64,000 nt of DNA from Deltaproteobacteria bacterium (GTDB lineage Bacteria; Myxococcota_A; Polyangia; Fen-1088). Every line of letters begins with the position of its first letter. The first letter of the stretch is position 1. This document shows, piece by piece, positions 1 to 9,942 of this stretch. The stretch covers positions 1-64,000 of the forward strand of contig JANRKS010000024.1 in assembly GCA_033763315.1 (NCBI GenBank), in the 5' to 3' direction. A program made the position numbers and the translations under genes. The notes below the pieces were generated by a model that saw nothing but the letters and a program-made list of their open reading frames with translations, was not told where the DNA came from and did no database searches.

Positions 1-1728
1 CTGGCTGATGCGGCCACCGCGCGTGACGATGACCGTGCGCTCAAGCTCATCGACGCCTTCGTCTTCGATCGAGACCTCGCTGCCCAGATGCTTGGCCACC
101 AATTCAACCAGGACTTGGCTCACCAAACTCGATTTTCCTGAACCCGAAACGCCGGTGACCGTAGTGAACACTCCCAACGGAAAAGCCACATCAAGGTTAT
201 CGAGGTTGTTGCGGCAGATGCCTTGCAAATGCAACCAATGCGCTGGGGCACGCGGCTTCCGGGGGAGCGAGACGGCGTGGTCAAACAAATACTTGCGCGT
301 ATGAGAAGCTTTGACGTCCTTGAGCCCCGCGGGCGGGCCACTGTAAAGAATGCGGCCGCCCTGCTCTCCGGCGTCTGGTCCCACATCCACCAGCCAATCG
401 GCTTGCCTCACCACGTCCACCTCGTGCTCCACCACGAACAGCGAATTGCCTGCGGCTTTAAGCTGCGCGAGCGCTTTGAGCAGTGCCTGCGTGTCTGCCG
501 GGTGCAGGCCCGCTGAAGGCTCGTCGAGCACATACACCACACCAAACAAATTCGAGCGAACTTGGGTGGCCAACCGTAAGCGTTGCAATTCCCCTGGCGA
601 TAACGTGGGCGTGCTGCGTTCCAGCGAAAGATAGCCCAGGCCCAAGTTCAGCAAAATGTCGATGCGCGCGCACAGATCGCTGCCAATGCGTTTGACCACC
701 AAAGCCTTTTCAGGATGAAGCTTCGCAAGCTTGGCGGCTTCGCGAGCGCTGCCATCGATCCACGGCTGCAGTAACGCGACCACTTTCTTGAGGGGCAAAC
801 GCGATAACTCGCCAATGTCTAACCCAGAAAAGGTCACTGAAAGTGATTCGCGCCGCAAGCGCTTGCCCTCACATAATGGGCAAGCGCCGCTTACCAAATA
901 CTGCGACACGCGCTTCTTCATCAGCGCGCTTTGCGTGGTGGCAAACGTCTGCAGTACATATTTCCGGGCGCTTGTAAAAGTGCCCATGTAGCTTGGCTCT
1001 TCCTTGCGCTTCTTCGCTTGGCGCGTCTCCTTCCCGTTGTAACCCGCGTACACGGGCACCGTGGGTTGCTCATCGGTGAAAAGAATCCAATCGCGATCTT
1101 TGCGCGACATCTGCCGCCACGGAACGTCCACGTCGTAGCCAAGCGATGTCAAGATGTCGCGCAGGTTCTGGCCGTGCCACGCAGGCGGCCACGCGGCGAT
1201 CGCCCGCTCGCGGATGGTCAGTGAATCATCTGGAACCATAGACGCTTCAGTCGCTTCATAGGTTCGTCCCAAGCCATGACAGCGAGGGCACGCACCCGCG
1301 GGTGTGTTGGGCGAAAATGCTTCAGCATCCAGGTGCCCTTGCCCCGGTGGATAAACCCCCGCCCGTGAATACAACAGCCGCAGCGAATTCGCGATCGTGG
1401 TTACGCTACCCACGGACGAACGCGTGGTGGGCGAGCCGCGGTGCTGCTGCAACGCCACCGCGGGCGGCAAGCCCTCAATCGAATCCACCTCAGGCACGCT
1501 CGCCTGATCAATCAGGCGGCGCGCGTAAGGGGCCACGGATTCGAAATACCTGCGCTGCGCCTCTGCGTATAGGGTGCCAAATGCCAAGGAGGATTTGCCC
1601 GATCCCGAGACACCGGTGAACACCACAAAGGCGTCGCGCGGGATCTCGACATCGATGTTCTTCAAGTTGTGTTGCCGGGCGCCCTGCACCCGCACAAAAC
1701 CTCGGATGCCTGGCTTTGGCTGCTTCAT
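1..1728 (-). CDS. UvrA-like excinuclease ABC subunit A homolog (class II/DrrC-like), 3' end outside window
   Basis: Absent from the ORF track because it runs off the edge. Hand translation from ATG at 1728 gives MKQPKPGIRGFVRVQGARQHNLKNIDVEIPRDAFVVFTGVSGSGKSSLAFGTLYAEAQRRY, a CPRCHGLG zinc finger, an LSPGELQRLRLATQ signature, YVLDEPSAGLHP Walker B and a second GVSGSGKSS Walker A. Class II assignment is inferred from the short first module. Confidence 0.93.
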   Translation of the reverse strand, partial: MKQPKPGIRGFVRVQGARQHNLKNIDVEIPRDAFVVFTGVSGSGKSSLAFGTLYAEAQRRYFESVAPYARRLIDQASVPEVDSIEGLPPAVALQQHRGSPTTRSSVGSVTTIANSLRLLYSRAGVYPPGQGHLDAEAFSPNTPAGACPRCHGLGRTYEATEASMVPDDSLTIRERAIAAWPPAWHGQNLRDILTSLGYDVDVPWRQMSRKDRDWILFTDEQPTVPVYAGYNGKETRQAKKRKEEPSYMGTFTSARKYVLQTFATTQSALMKKRVSQYLVSGACPLCEGKRLRRESLSVTFSGLDIGELSRLPLKKVVALLQPWIDGSAREAAKLAKLHPEKALVVKRIGSDLCARIDILLNLGLGYLSLERSTPTLSPGELQRLRLATQVRSNLFGVVYVLDEPSAGLHPADTQALLKALAQLKAAGNSLFVVEHEVDVVRQADWLVDVGPDAGEQGGRILYSGPPAGLKDVKASHTRKYLFDHAVSLPRKPRAPAHWLHLQGICRNNLDNLDVAFPLGVFTTVTGVSGSGKSSLVSQVLVELVAKHLGSEVSIEDEGVDELERTVIVTRGGRISQ

Positions 1729-2043
1729 GTCCGGCCAGCAGCTGCAAGAGCCACGCCATATGTGGCCATTGCGTAGACCAGACGTGCTCCTGCGCTGGGG
1801 TTAACCGTGCGTTTGCGCTATCATGGGGTCGTTTATGTCAGCCGATTATTTTGCCACCATCACACTCGCCGATTATGCAGGCATGGCGTTCGGCGCGGAT
1901 CCAACGGGCAAGCCTTCGGCGTCCTTCGAGGGCGGCGTTTACGCAGGCAAGGGCACCACGTGGGAAAGGCGCGCCGAAGCCGACACCGCTGCCAACGCGC
2001 GCTTGGTTCCTGGTCGTCCTTAAGCAAGCGCCTGGGCCGTGCC

Positions 2044-2541
2044 ATGCAGCTCACGATCGACGAAGCAACGAACACCGACGAAGAATTTCTGTGGCTGATG
2101 CTCACGTATGCCGCTTCCATGGGCGCCGGCGGGATCGAACAAGTGCCCCTAGCCAAACGCGATCCGTATCTGCGTTGTTACGTGGCGGGCTGGGGCACCA
2201 AAGCGGGCGATCTCGGGGTTGTTGCCCGCGACCGCGCGGGCGATGCCCTAGGCGCCGCGTGGCTGCGCTTGGGAGAAGAAGGCGGCGCTTTCAAACTAAG
2301 CAGTAACAAAGTGCCTGAGCTCGCCACCGCCGTTGTGCCGCACGCCCGCGGCGGCGGTGTTGGCACGCAACTCATGACCGCGCTTTTCGATCTCGCGCGA
2401 CCGCATTACAGCCACATCGTTCTTTCGGTGCGCGCCGGCAACCCAGCCACACGCTTTTATGAGCGGCTCGGTTTTCGCGAAACCAAGCGCATTGAAAACC
2501 GGGTTGGTGGCGAATCACTGGTGATGTCCTTCGATTTGTAG
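2044..2541 (+). CDS. GNAT family N-acetyltransferase
   Basis: AVVPHARGGGVGTQL acetyl-CoA motif A and NPATRFYERLGF motif B. ATG 2044 preferred over the long upstream extension. Confidence 0.88.
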   Translation: MQLTIDEATNTDEEFLWLMLTYAASMGAGGIEQVPLAKRDPYLRCYVAGWGTKAGDLGVVARDRAGDALGAAWLRLGEEGGAFKLSSNKVPELATAVVPHARGGGVGTQLMTALFDLARPHYSHIVLSVRAGNPATRFYERLGFRETKRIENRVGGESLVMSFDL

Positions 2542-2609
2542 GCCTTTTTCACAGTCGCGGTCACTAGGACTCGCAAACCATATGTGTCGGCGCTTATCAT
2601 GCGAACGCC

Positions 2610-4082
2610 ATGCGACGTGTTTTTAGCCTCTTGATTGCCCTAGGCGCGCTTGCGCCTGCGCAGCTTGCGGCGCAAGACCGCAGTTGGCAAACGGTGCAGC
2701 AGCGGGGCGAACTGCGCTTTGGCCTCGACGTGCAAGGCGGCGAACCTTATGCGTCTGAAGATGCGCAAGGGCGGCTCGTTGGATTTGAGATCGAGATCGC
2801 GAAGGCGCTTGGCCAAACGCTCGGGGTACGCATGGTGCCCGTGCAAAATGATTGGTCGGCGCTTGTGCCAGCGTTGATGCGCGGCGATTTCGACATCATC
2901 CTCAACGGATTTGAGGCCACGCCCGAACACGCTGCACGGGTGCGCTTATCGCGCCCCTACTACGTTTTCGCCGAACGCCTCACCGCGCGTGCCAATGCCA
3001 CGTGGACTTACACAAACTTGTCATCGTTGCGCGGTTTGCGTTTGGGCGCGCTCGGCAATTCGCAAGCCTGGTTGATGTTGCGCCAAGCTGGCCTTGATCC
3101 GGTGCCTTACGAGGGCGTGCAGGAGCCGTACACCGATCTGGCCGCCGGCCGCGTGGACGCCGTCTTGATGGACGACATCATCGCCGACCGCTACGGTCAG
3201 GCGCCCGGGTTACGCCGCGTGGCCGATGTGGCGACCGGCACATATGCCATTGGCGTTCGCCCGGGCGATGACACCCTTTTGACGGCGATCAACCGTGGCT
3301 TGGACACGCTGCTGCGCGAAGGACACATCAACGTGATCTTGGCGCGCTGGCACCTCGGCGGCACGCGCCAAACGACGCTAGTCACAATGCACGCGCAAAG
3401 CGAGCCCGCAGCCTCGCCAAAGCACGCGCTCTCGCGCGGCCAAATCATCCTATTTTTTAAGGGCGCACTCGTCACGTTGTTGTTGGCTTGCGCCGCGATG
3501 GCTTTGGCTGTGGTGCTGGGCTTGGCCCTGGCCATCGCGCGGCGCCCATGGGCGTGGCCCCTGTCGGGTGTGGTTCGGCGGCTGGCCAGCGCTTACGTGG
3601 AAGTGTTCCGCGGCACCCCCGTACTTCTGCAGTTGTATCTGCTTTATTATGGCCTCCCGCAGGTGGCTCCTTGGCTTACCTTGCCAGCCGCCGCCGCGGC
3701 CATCTTGGGCTTGGGCATGAACTACGCCGCTTATGAAGCCGAGATCTACCGCGCCGGCATCGAGGCTGTGCCGCGTGGGCAATGGGAAGCGGCGCTGTCA
3801 CTTGGCATGTCGCAAGCGCAGGCGTTTCGGCGCGCGGTATTGCCTCAAGCGCTTCGTATCTCGCTGCCGGGAATGGCAAACGATTTCATCGCGCTGCTCA
3901 AAGACACTTCGCTCGTTTCCGTCATCACGGTTGTTGAGTTGACGAAACGTTTGTCGATCACGGCCGTGGATACCAGCGGGTGGCTGGTGCCAGGTTTGTT
4001 CTGTGCGGCCTTGTACTTTGCCATGAGCTATCCTTTGTCCCTGTTGGCACGACGTCTAGAAGCAGGGTTGGCGAAACAATGA
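2610..4082 (+). CDS. Polar amino-acid ABC transporter, fused substrate-binding (SBP_bac_3) and permease domains
   Basis: Signal peptide, GFEIEIA/DFDII SBP motifs, then FRGTPVLLQL and AYEAEIYRAGIEAVPRGQWEAALSLGM (EAA loop). Confidence 0.92.
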   Translation: MRRVFSLLIALGALAPAQLAAQDRSWQTVQQRGELRFGLDVQGGEPYASEDAQGRLVGFEIEIAKALGQTLGVRMVPVQNDWSALVPALMRGDFDIILNGFEATPEHAARVRLSRPYYVFAERLTARANATWTYTNLSSLRGLRLGALGNSQAWLMLRQAGLDPVPYEGVQEPYTDLAAGRVDAVLMDDIIADRYGQAPGLRRVADVATGTYAIGVRPGDDTLLTAINRGLDTLLREGHINVILARWHLGGTRQTTLVTMHAQSEPAASPKHALSRGQIILFFKGALVTLLLACAAMALAVVLGLALAIARRPWAWPLSGVVRRLASAYVEVFRGTPVLLQLYLLYYGLPQVAPWLTLPAAAAAILGLGMNYAAYEAEIYRAGIEAVPRGQWEAALSLGMSQAQAFRRAVLPQALRISLPGMANDFIALLKDTSLVSVITVVELTKRLSITAVDTSGWLVPGLFCAALYFAMSYPLSLLARRLEAGLAKQ

Positions 4083-4759
4083 GGCTGGCTGCCCAAAGCC
4101 TGGCGCTGTCGCGGGGGCCAAAAAACATTTTTTCGAATGTATCTTTCACGGTGCATGCGGCAGATGTGATCTGCGTGTTGGCGCCATCAGGCGCCGGCAA
4201 AACCACTCTCCTGCGCTGTTTGAACGGGTTAGATCGCGCGCAAGCGGGCACCATCACCGCCAATGGCGCCACGTTGGATGCCACCCTTCCCGCTGGGGCC
4301 TTCGCGCAAGCGGCACGTCACGTGCGCAAAGTTGTGGGTTTCGTGGCGCAAGACAAGCACCTGTTCGCCCACCGCACAGCTTTGCAGAATGTCATGGAAG
4401 GGCCCCTTGTTGTATCGCGTGTGCCCGCCGAGCAAGCGCGCACGCAGGCGATGAGCTTGCTCGATCGCTTGGGCGTCGCTGGCCGCGCACAAGCCTACCC
4501 CGCGCAGCTGTCGGGAGGCGAACAACAGCGCGTGGCCTTGGCCCGCGCCTTGGCGATGCAGCCGCATGTGTTGCTGTTGGACGAACCTACGAGCGCGCTC
4601 GATCCCAAACGCACAAGTGAAGTGGCGTCGCTGATCAAAGATCTTTCGCGCGAAGGTTTGGCGGTGATTGCCGCCACGCACGACATGCAGCTGGTGGGTG
4701 AACTGCAAGCGCAAGTGTGGACGTTGCAAGAAGGAGCGTTGTTATGTGCGGCCGCATGA
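4079..4759 (+). CDS. Amino-acid ABC transporter ATP-binding protein
   Basis: APSGAGKTT Walker A, LSGGEQQRVA signature, LLLDEPTSALDP Walker B. ATGA overlap with the upstream stop. Confidence 0.92.
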   Translation: MRLAAQSLALSRGPKNIFSNVSFTVHAADVICVLAPSGAGKTTLLRCLNGLDRAQAGTITANGATLDATLPAGAFAQAARHVRKVVGFVAQDKHLFAHRTALQNVMEGPLVVSRVPAEQARTQAMSLLDRLGVAGRAQAYPAQLSGGEQQRVALARALAMQPHVLLLDEPTSALDPKRTSEVASLIKDLSREGLAVIAATHDMQLVGELQAQVWTLQEGALLCAAA

Positions 4760-5430
4760 CGCTGTCCACGGGCGATTGGGTGCGGGTGGCCGAAGAGCTT
4801 CTGGCCACGCCGGCGCCTGGCGCGCTTGAGGCGCTGCACCCACGTTTCAATGTGGCGCCCACGCAAGCGCACCCCATCGTTGTGTCCGAGGGCGGCCCCA
4901 AGGTTGATCACAACGTGCTCACGCTGGCTCACTGGGGCTTTCCAGGCAAACAGCAAGGCCCGCTTGTGATCAACGCGCGTTCTGAAACCGCTTTGACAAA
5001 ACCCTTGTTTCGCACGGCTTTCGCACAACACCGATGCGTCGTTGTGGCCGACGGTTTTATCGAATGGCGCAAGTCCGCAACAGGGCGTCAACCCTTGTGG
5101 TTCCGGCGCAAAGATGGTCGTCCGTTATACCTCGCTGGTCTTTATTTGCCGGGCGGCGCCACAGCCAAGGGCAGCCCCACGCGCTTCGTTGTGTTGACCA
5201 CGTCGCCAAACCATTTGGTGGCGCCCGTGCACGATCGCATGCCGGCGGTCTTGTCGCCGCAAGACGCGCTGACGTGGTTGGCTCATCCGGCGGGCGAGGT
5301 TTTGCGGCCAGCACCGGACGCATGGCTGGCAAGCACCGAGATCTCGCCACGCATCAACAACACGGCAAACGACGATCCCGCGTGCCTGGAACCAGCCACA
5401 TCAACGCGGCAGCAACTGGCGCTGTTTTAG
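4744..5430 (+). CDS. SOS response-associated peptidase (SRAP, YedK/HMCES family)
   Basis: N-terminal MCGR (catalytic Cys2), RFNVAPTQ, INARSET, DGFIEW, PVHDRMPAVL. Confidence 0.93.
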   Translation: MCGRMTLSTGDWVRVAEELLATPAPGALEALHPRFNVAPTQAHPIVVSEGGPKVDHNVLTLAHWGFPGKQQGPLVINARSETALTKPLFRTAFAQHRCVVVADGFIEWRKSATGRQPLWFRRKDGRPLYLAGLYLPGGATAKGSPTRFVVLTTSPNHLVAPVHDRMPAVLSPQDALTWLAHPAGEVLRPAPDAWLASTEISPRINNTANDDPACLEPATSTRQQLALF

Positions 5431-5493
5431 CCTCTCACCTTCACGTGCGGGCAAACGATTGAACTCGTGACGACTTCGGTGCATCTATACACG

Positions 5494-6060
5494 ATGTCCA
5501 AGACCACCAAAGCTTTGTCCAAGCAAGAATCAGCCGCTTTGCTCGTCACATTGAAGGCGCGTTTCGACAAACACATGTCACGTCACAAAGGCGTCGATTG
5601 GTCGAACGTTTGCAGCCGTCTTGAATCTCACCCGGAAAAATTGTGGTCGCTGTTCCAGATGGAGGAAAGCGGCGGCGAGCCGGACGTGGTGCTGAACGAT
5701 AAACAGACAGACCAATACATCTTCATGGATTGCGCCGCTGAAAGCCCCAAAGGTCGTCGCAGCGTTTGTTATGACCCCGCCGCACTCGCGTCTCGCAAAG
5801 AGAACAAACCGAAAGACAGCGCGCTCGGCATGGCGGCGCACATGGGCATTGAGCTGCTCACCGAAGCGCAGTACCGCGCGTTGCAGACACACGGTGTGTT
5901 CGACGCCAAAACCTCCAGCTGGCTGGTCACGCCACCAGACATCCGAAAGCTGGGGGGCGCCCTGTTCGGCGATCACCGTTATGGCAACGTCTTCGTTTAC
6001 CACAACGGCGCCGAATCCTATTACGCCGCCCGCGGCTTCCGCGGCGCCCTTTCCGTGTGA
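5494..6060 (+). CDS. DUF4256 domain protein
   Basis: MEESGGEPDV, ESPKGRRSVCYD, KTSSW, GGALFGDHRY and YHNGAESYYAARGFRG match my recollection of DUF4256. Confidence 0.8.
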   Translation: MSKTTKALSKQESAALLVTLKARFDKHMSRHKGVDWSNVCSRLESHPEKLWSLFQMEESGGEPDVVLNDKQTDQYIFMDCAAESPKGRRSVCYDPAALASRKENKPKDSALGMAAHMGIELLTEAQYRALQTHGVFDAKTSSWLVTPPDIRKLGGALFGDHRYGNVFVYHNGAESYYAARGFRGALSV

Positions 6061-6090
6061 TGGATCGCGGGTGCCACGAATCGATCGCTG

Positions 6091-7461
6091 TTACGGAAGG
6101 CGGTGATACAAGGGCGAAGCCGCTGGGGCGGGGTAAATGCCCACCGAGGCCGCGTAGCCGATGCTTGGGCTTGTCACCACCACGTCGGCGGTGGCGGCAC
6201 CACTTGTGGCCAGCTGCGCGGGCGCGATGCGAATGAACTTGCCCTGTGAGCCCGCCATCCACAAACCTTGCCCCTCATCGAAGGCGATTCCCTTGGGAAG
6301 GCTAAGCACACCGACATCCAACACAACCGCGGGCGTGACGACCTTCTCCGTCGCACCACCGGCTGGGATCGCCAAATCAGCAGCGGTCAACTTCACCAAG
6401 CGCACCCCAAAGGCGCCCCACAAGTTTCCGGCAGCATCAAAAGCCAAGCCATCGGGCGTGCCGAAGCTGCCGATGACAGGCGGCCCCGATTGCGCATCAA
6501 GGGTGAATTCCACGCCCATGCGAGAGGCCGCGAGGGCGGCGGCGCTGACAAAGCCCAGGCCCTCTGAATAGCCCGCCCACAGGTTTCCGGATCCGTCGAA
6601 TGCCAACGATTCGAGGCCAGCCAAGCCCGAAATTTCCACCGAGGGCACGGCCGTTCCGCCGGCGGCAAGTTGAGCGGGCGTGAACTTCACAATCTTGCGG
6701 GCCGCCCCGGTGGTGACCCATAAGTTGCCCGCGCCATCAAAGGCAGCGTCTTTGGCGCCTGGGCTGCCGGCCGTGAAAGCCGCTGAGGTTAACGTGACGT
6801 CGGGGGTCTTGTTGCCACCCGTGCCCAACGTGTTGGCGCGAAAACGCGCCAGGGGAGGATCGGCGGTGGTTCCACCCACGATCCACACGTTGCCGTCACG
6901 ATCAAAAGCAAAGCCACCTGAACCATTGGTGTTCGCGGCCACCGTCGCTGCTGGCGATCCTGAGGCGGCCAAAGTGGCCGAGGCGAAGCCGGCGAAACTC
7001 ACGCCCTCACCCGTCGTGCCCACCCACAGCTTGTTGCTGGTGGGAATCATCGCGTAGTTCAAGGCTGCGTTGCCCATGCCGCCATTGGGCACACACACAC
7101 TCGTGGGCGCAGCCACACCGTCATAAACCGAACGCACACGCGGATCAGGCACCACCACACGCGCCGCGGTGATCGCGTAGAGCCCCGCAGGCACGGCAAG
7201 GGTCGCTGTTGCAGTCAATGGTTTTGGTACGCCATCGGGTCCGGTGGCGCTGCCAACCGCGGCCACGCCTGCAGGCAGCCCTGCCACCACCACGGCCAAA
7301 GAACCTGTTCCAACGCTTGGACAGGCCGACACCGTCACGTCTGCGCCACCGCCATCGGGGCCGCCATCGGAGGTTGTGCGCGAGTCGTCGTCGTCACACG
7401 CGCTGACACCGAACACACATGCAAGCTGCGCAACCAAAGCAAACGAGGTTTTAATTTTCAT
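6091..7461 (-). CDS. Lipoprotein with repeated AFDxxGN[LV]W blades (NHL/Vgb-like beta-propeller)
   Basis: Lipobox-like GVSAC followed by an acidic linker. Five repeats: FAFDRDGNVW, AAFDGAGNLW, LAFDGSGNLW, LAFDAAGNLW, IAFDEGQGLW. Confidence 0.75.
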   Translation of the reverse strand: MKIKTSFALVAQLACVFGVSACDDDDSRTTSDGGPDGGGADVTVSACPSVGTGSLAVVVAGLPAGVAAVGSATGPDGVPKPLTATATLAVPAGLYAITAARVVVPDPRVRSVYDGVAAPTSVCVPNGGMGNAALNYAMIPTSNKLWVGTTGEGVSFAGFASATLAASGSPAATVAANTNGSGGFAFDRDGNVWIVGGTTADPPLARFRANTLGTGGNKTPDVTLTSAAFTAGSPGAKDAAFDGAGNLWVTTGAARKIVKFTPAQLAAGGTAVPSVEISGLAGLESLAFDGSGNLWAGYSEGLGFVSAAALAASRMGVEFTLDAQSGPPVIGSFGTPDGLAFDAAGNLWGAFGVRLVKLTAADLAIPAGGATEKVVTPAVVLDVGVLSLPKGIAFDEGQGLWMAGSQGKFIRIAPAQLATSGAATADVVVTSPSIGYAASVGIYPAPAASPLYHRLP

Positions 7462-7606
7462 ACCGTTCCCCTTCGAGTAGGACTCTTTGACGTTAACGGG
7501 CCGCGGATATTCCCAGCCACGTTACGAAAGCGCACCTTACGCCCAAAGGGAAGGCGTGACCATCCCCGCCGGGTCAGCCACCACGCACACGCTCAAGCGT
7601 CGCCCC

Positions 7607-8422
7607 TTAGGGGCGGGCCAACAAGTAGCTCGTTTGCTCGGCGTCCACCGACAGTTTGCCCAGCTTGGTGACGTCGCCGCCTGCTTGCATCAAGGCTTGC
7701 GTCACGGCCCCTCTCACGGCTTCGCCACTGAGCGGCACGGCCGACCATAACGCCACCACGCGTTCGAAGCCCTTGTGATCGTCAAGCTCGACCGAGCCTG
7801 GCAACGCCACTTGGTTGCCCGCCTGCACCGGCACGCTGTGCAGCGAAGCCTCGTCGTAATACGGGAAGATCTGCCCCGCATCGTCAACGCTAAACACCAT
7901 CAAGAATCCAGGCTGCGCTTGCGTATACTCGAAGCGCAAGCGGTCGCCGGCCTGCACGGATTGGCCATCGGCGATGGTGAACATGGAATCCCCACGCTTA
8001 CACACCACCGTCAAAGCAAATGAGCCTTTGGTGCGCACCGTAGGGGCGCCCTCGACAGGCGCCGCTGAAGGCTCGTTCATGGCAACACCGTTCGTGCCTG
8101 GCGCGTGATCCACGACGGCAAATACGCCGATGAGCGCAGCGGCTGGCAACAAAGCCACCGGCCACAACAGCTTCCAGCGCCACCACGAGCTGCGGCGCTC
8201 TTCGGCGGCCGCCAAAATCGAACGCGCCGCCTGCAAACTGGCGCGTGCCGGATCGTTGCCCAGCAACTGCTGCCGCGCTTCACTGAGTTCTGCCACGTAC
8301 GACGCACATCGATCGCATCCGGTCACGTGCTGTGCCACGGGGGATTGAGCGTCAAGAGCTTTTCCAGCCGCCCAGTGGGCCAGATCGAATCGTGAGGGGC
8401 AAGTTCTGTTTTGTGCGTTCAT
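7607..8422 (-). CDS. Zinc-finger anti-sigma factor with TM helix and DUF4384-like periplasmic domain
   Basis: HVTGCDRC (HxxxCxxC ZAS motif), one TM segment, RTKG...GDRLRF...LPGSVELD. Overlaps the stop of the ECF sigma gene. Confidence 0.8.
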   Translation of the reverse strand: MNAQNRTCPSRFDLAHWAAGKALDAQSPVAQHVTGCDRCASYVAELSEARQQLLGNDPARASLQAARSILAAAEERRSSWWRWKLLWPVALLPAAALIGVFAVVDHAPGTNGVAMNEPSAAPVEGAPTVRTKGSFALTVVCKRGDSMFTIADGQSVQAGDRLRFEYTQAQPGFLMVFSVDDAGQIFPYYDEASLHSVPVQAGNQVALPGSVELDDHKGFERVVALWSAVPLSGEAVRGAVTQALMQAGGDVTKLGKLSVDAEQTSYLLARP

Positions 8423-9099
8423 GTGCCTGTTCCTTCCCCGCCAAGCTCGTCATCCTCGGCCTGGATCGCGTCTTCGGATTCGTCTGCGGGTGCGTTAGGA
8501 GCCCGGGCACTCAACAGCTCGTGCGCGAAGCCTTCGATCTTTTTCAAACGGTTAAAAACGGTGCGCCGGGTGATCCCCAGCGTCTTGGCGATCTCAACTT
8601 GAGACATCTCGTCGATGTAGAACATCACGGCGATGGAGGTGCCAGTTTCATCGCACCGATCCAGCAGAGCCTCCGCGAACTGCCGATCCGCGTGGCGTGA
8701 TTCGGCAGAACCACCTCCCGCTGAGCGGGCCATGATGGCCGGCGTGGCGCGATCATGAACCCGCTGCTCGCGGATCTGGTTCAGGCACACGTTGGTGGCC
8801 ACGCGGTAGACGTAACGCAGCGCATCCTCGCCCAACAGTTTCTTCGGCCCCTTGGCAATCACGCGCACGAAGGCTTCCTGGGTGGCGTCGCGGGCCGCAG
8901 CCCCCGAGCCCAACAGCCGTCGGCAATGCGCGAAAATCGCCGGCGCATACCGTTCGTAAATTTGAGCCAGCCCTGCTTCGTCCATGGAGGTGTCGTCCGC
9001 CCGGCGTCGTACAACCTCGGCCCGGCGGCCCCGTTCAGCATAAGGGACCCCTGCCACAATTCCGAAAACAGCGTTCAACACGCCCGCCTGTGCGGTCAT
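8419..9099 (-). CDS. ECF RNA polymerase sigma-70 factor
   Basis: Region 2 ARDATQEAFVR...YRVATNVCLNQIR and region 4 MSQVEIAKTLGITRRTVFNRL. Start codon uncertain. Confidence 0.9.
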   Translation of the reverse strand: MTAQAGVLNAVFGIVAGVPYAERGRRAEVVRRRADDTSMDEAGLAQIYERYAPAIFAHCRRLLGSGAAARDATQEAFVRVIAKGPKKLLGEDALRYVYRVATNVCLNQIREQRVHDRATPAIMARSAGGGSAESRHADRQFAEALLDRCDETGTSIAVMFYIDEMSQVEIAKTLGITRRTVFNRLKKIEGFAHELLSARAPNAPADESEDAIQAEDDELGGEGTGT

Positions 9100-9292
9100 G
9101 AAAACCGCCCTTCGCGAACACAAACACGCAGATTGGGGAGCCGGCGAGTCATTGTCATAGGTGGGGACCTCAGTAGGTTCAACAAGCTCGTGCCAACGGA
9201 CGGGAAACGCGATTTGACAGCCATGTTTTTGACGGTCCCGGTGCACCCTTGCGCGCCATGGCCACACGGGGTAAAGGAGAAGGTCTCTTTCT

Positions 9293-9366
9293 GGGCGCGT
9301 AGCTCATCTGGATAGAGCACCGCCCTCCGAAGGCGGGGGTAGTGAGTTCGAATCTCGCCGCGCCCA
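9293..9366 (+). tRNA. tRNA-Arg (CCG)
   Basis: Acceptor stem GGGCGCG/CGCGCCC, D-arm GCTC..GGATA..GAGC, anticodon arm CCGCC-CTCCGAA-GGCGG, T-loop TTCGAAT. CCA is not encoded. Confidence 0.95.
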
Positions 9367-9380
9367 CACATCCTCAGCCC

Positions 9381-9408
9381 CCACCCAGGCGCCGTTCGCC
9401 CTGGGTGG
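9381..9408 (+). terminator. GC-rich hairpin downstream of the tRNA
   Basis: CCACCCAGG-N10-CCTGGGTGG, with no U-tract. Confidence 0.45.
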
Positions 9409-9520
9409 CAGAGCAAACTGCAAACGCACCGGGAAATCACACCCGCCATTCCTCCACGCGATTTGCATCTTTCGTAAACGACGCGTTGCTGAGTTAAGCA
9501 ACCTACTTTACAATCGATAT

Positions 9521-9880
9521 GTGACGGGCAATTCCATCAGGAACGCCGCGGAGACGGAAAACTTGTCAGAGCACTTCCGGCGCACAGATCCACGTTACGA
9601 CCGACGCGTCGAGGTCGAAATCATTGCCGGCAGCACCCGCCAAACAGCGGTGACGAAAAACATTTCGTTGGGCGGCATGTACATCGAAAGCTTGGAACCG
9701 CTGCCGATGTTGGCAAAAGTGGTGGTTCGTTTTCGGGTCCCCACACAAAACGAGATGGTGGAAGTGGCCGGCCAAGTGCGCTGGCTGGAACCGGGCTCAA
9801 CAGTGTGTGGCGTTGGCATTCGGTTCGATGGTTTGCGCGCCCGCGAGGTGTGGGCGTTGAACCGGTTCTTCCAAAGCTAA
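9521..9880 (+). CDS. PilZ domain protein
   Basis: RRTDPR (RxxxR) and NISLGG (NxSxxG) c-di-GMP motifs, GQVRW, GVGIRF. Confidence 0.9.
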   Translation: MTGNSIRNAAETENLSEHFRRTDPRYDRRVEVEIIAGSTRQTAVTKNISLGGMYIESLEPLPMLAKVVVRFRVPTQNEMVEVAGQVRWLEPGSTVCGVGIRFDGLRAREVWALNRFFQS

Positions 9881-9942
9881 GTCGCGCGTTTGGCCACGTC
9901 TGCCACGTGCAGCCTTGGCCGTGGTGGCTTAGGCTACCGCTT

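Noticed and set aside
8-1804. Many short plus-strand ORFs
   Set aside because: They are antisense shadows of the minus-strand UvrA-like gene that the ORF track missed.
9293-9366. tRNA-Arg as an integration site for a genomic island
   Set aside because: No integrase is adjacent and I did not see a duplicated tRNA 3' end in the window.
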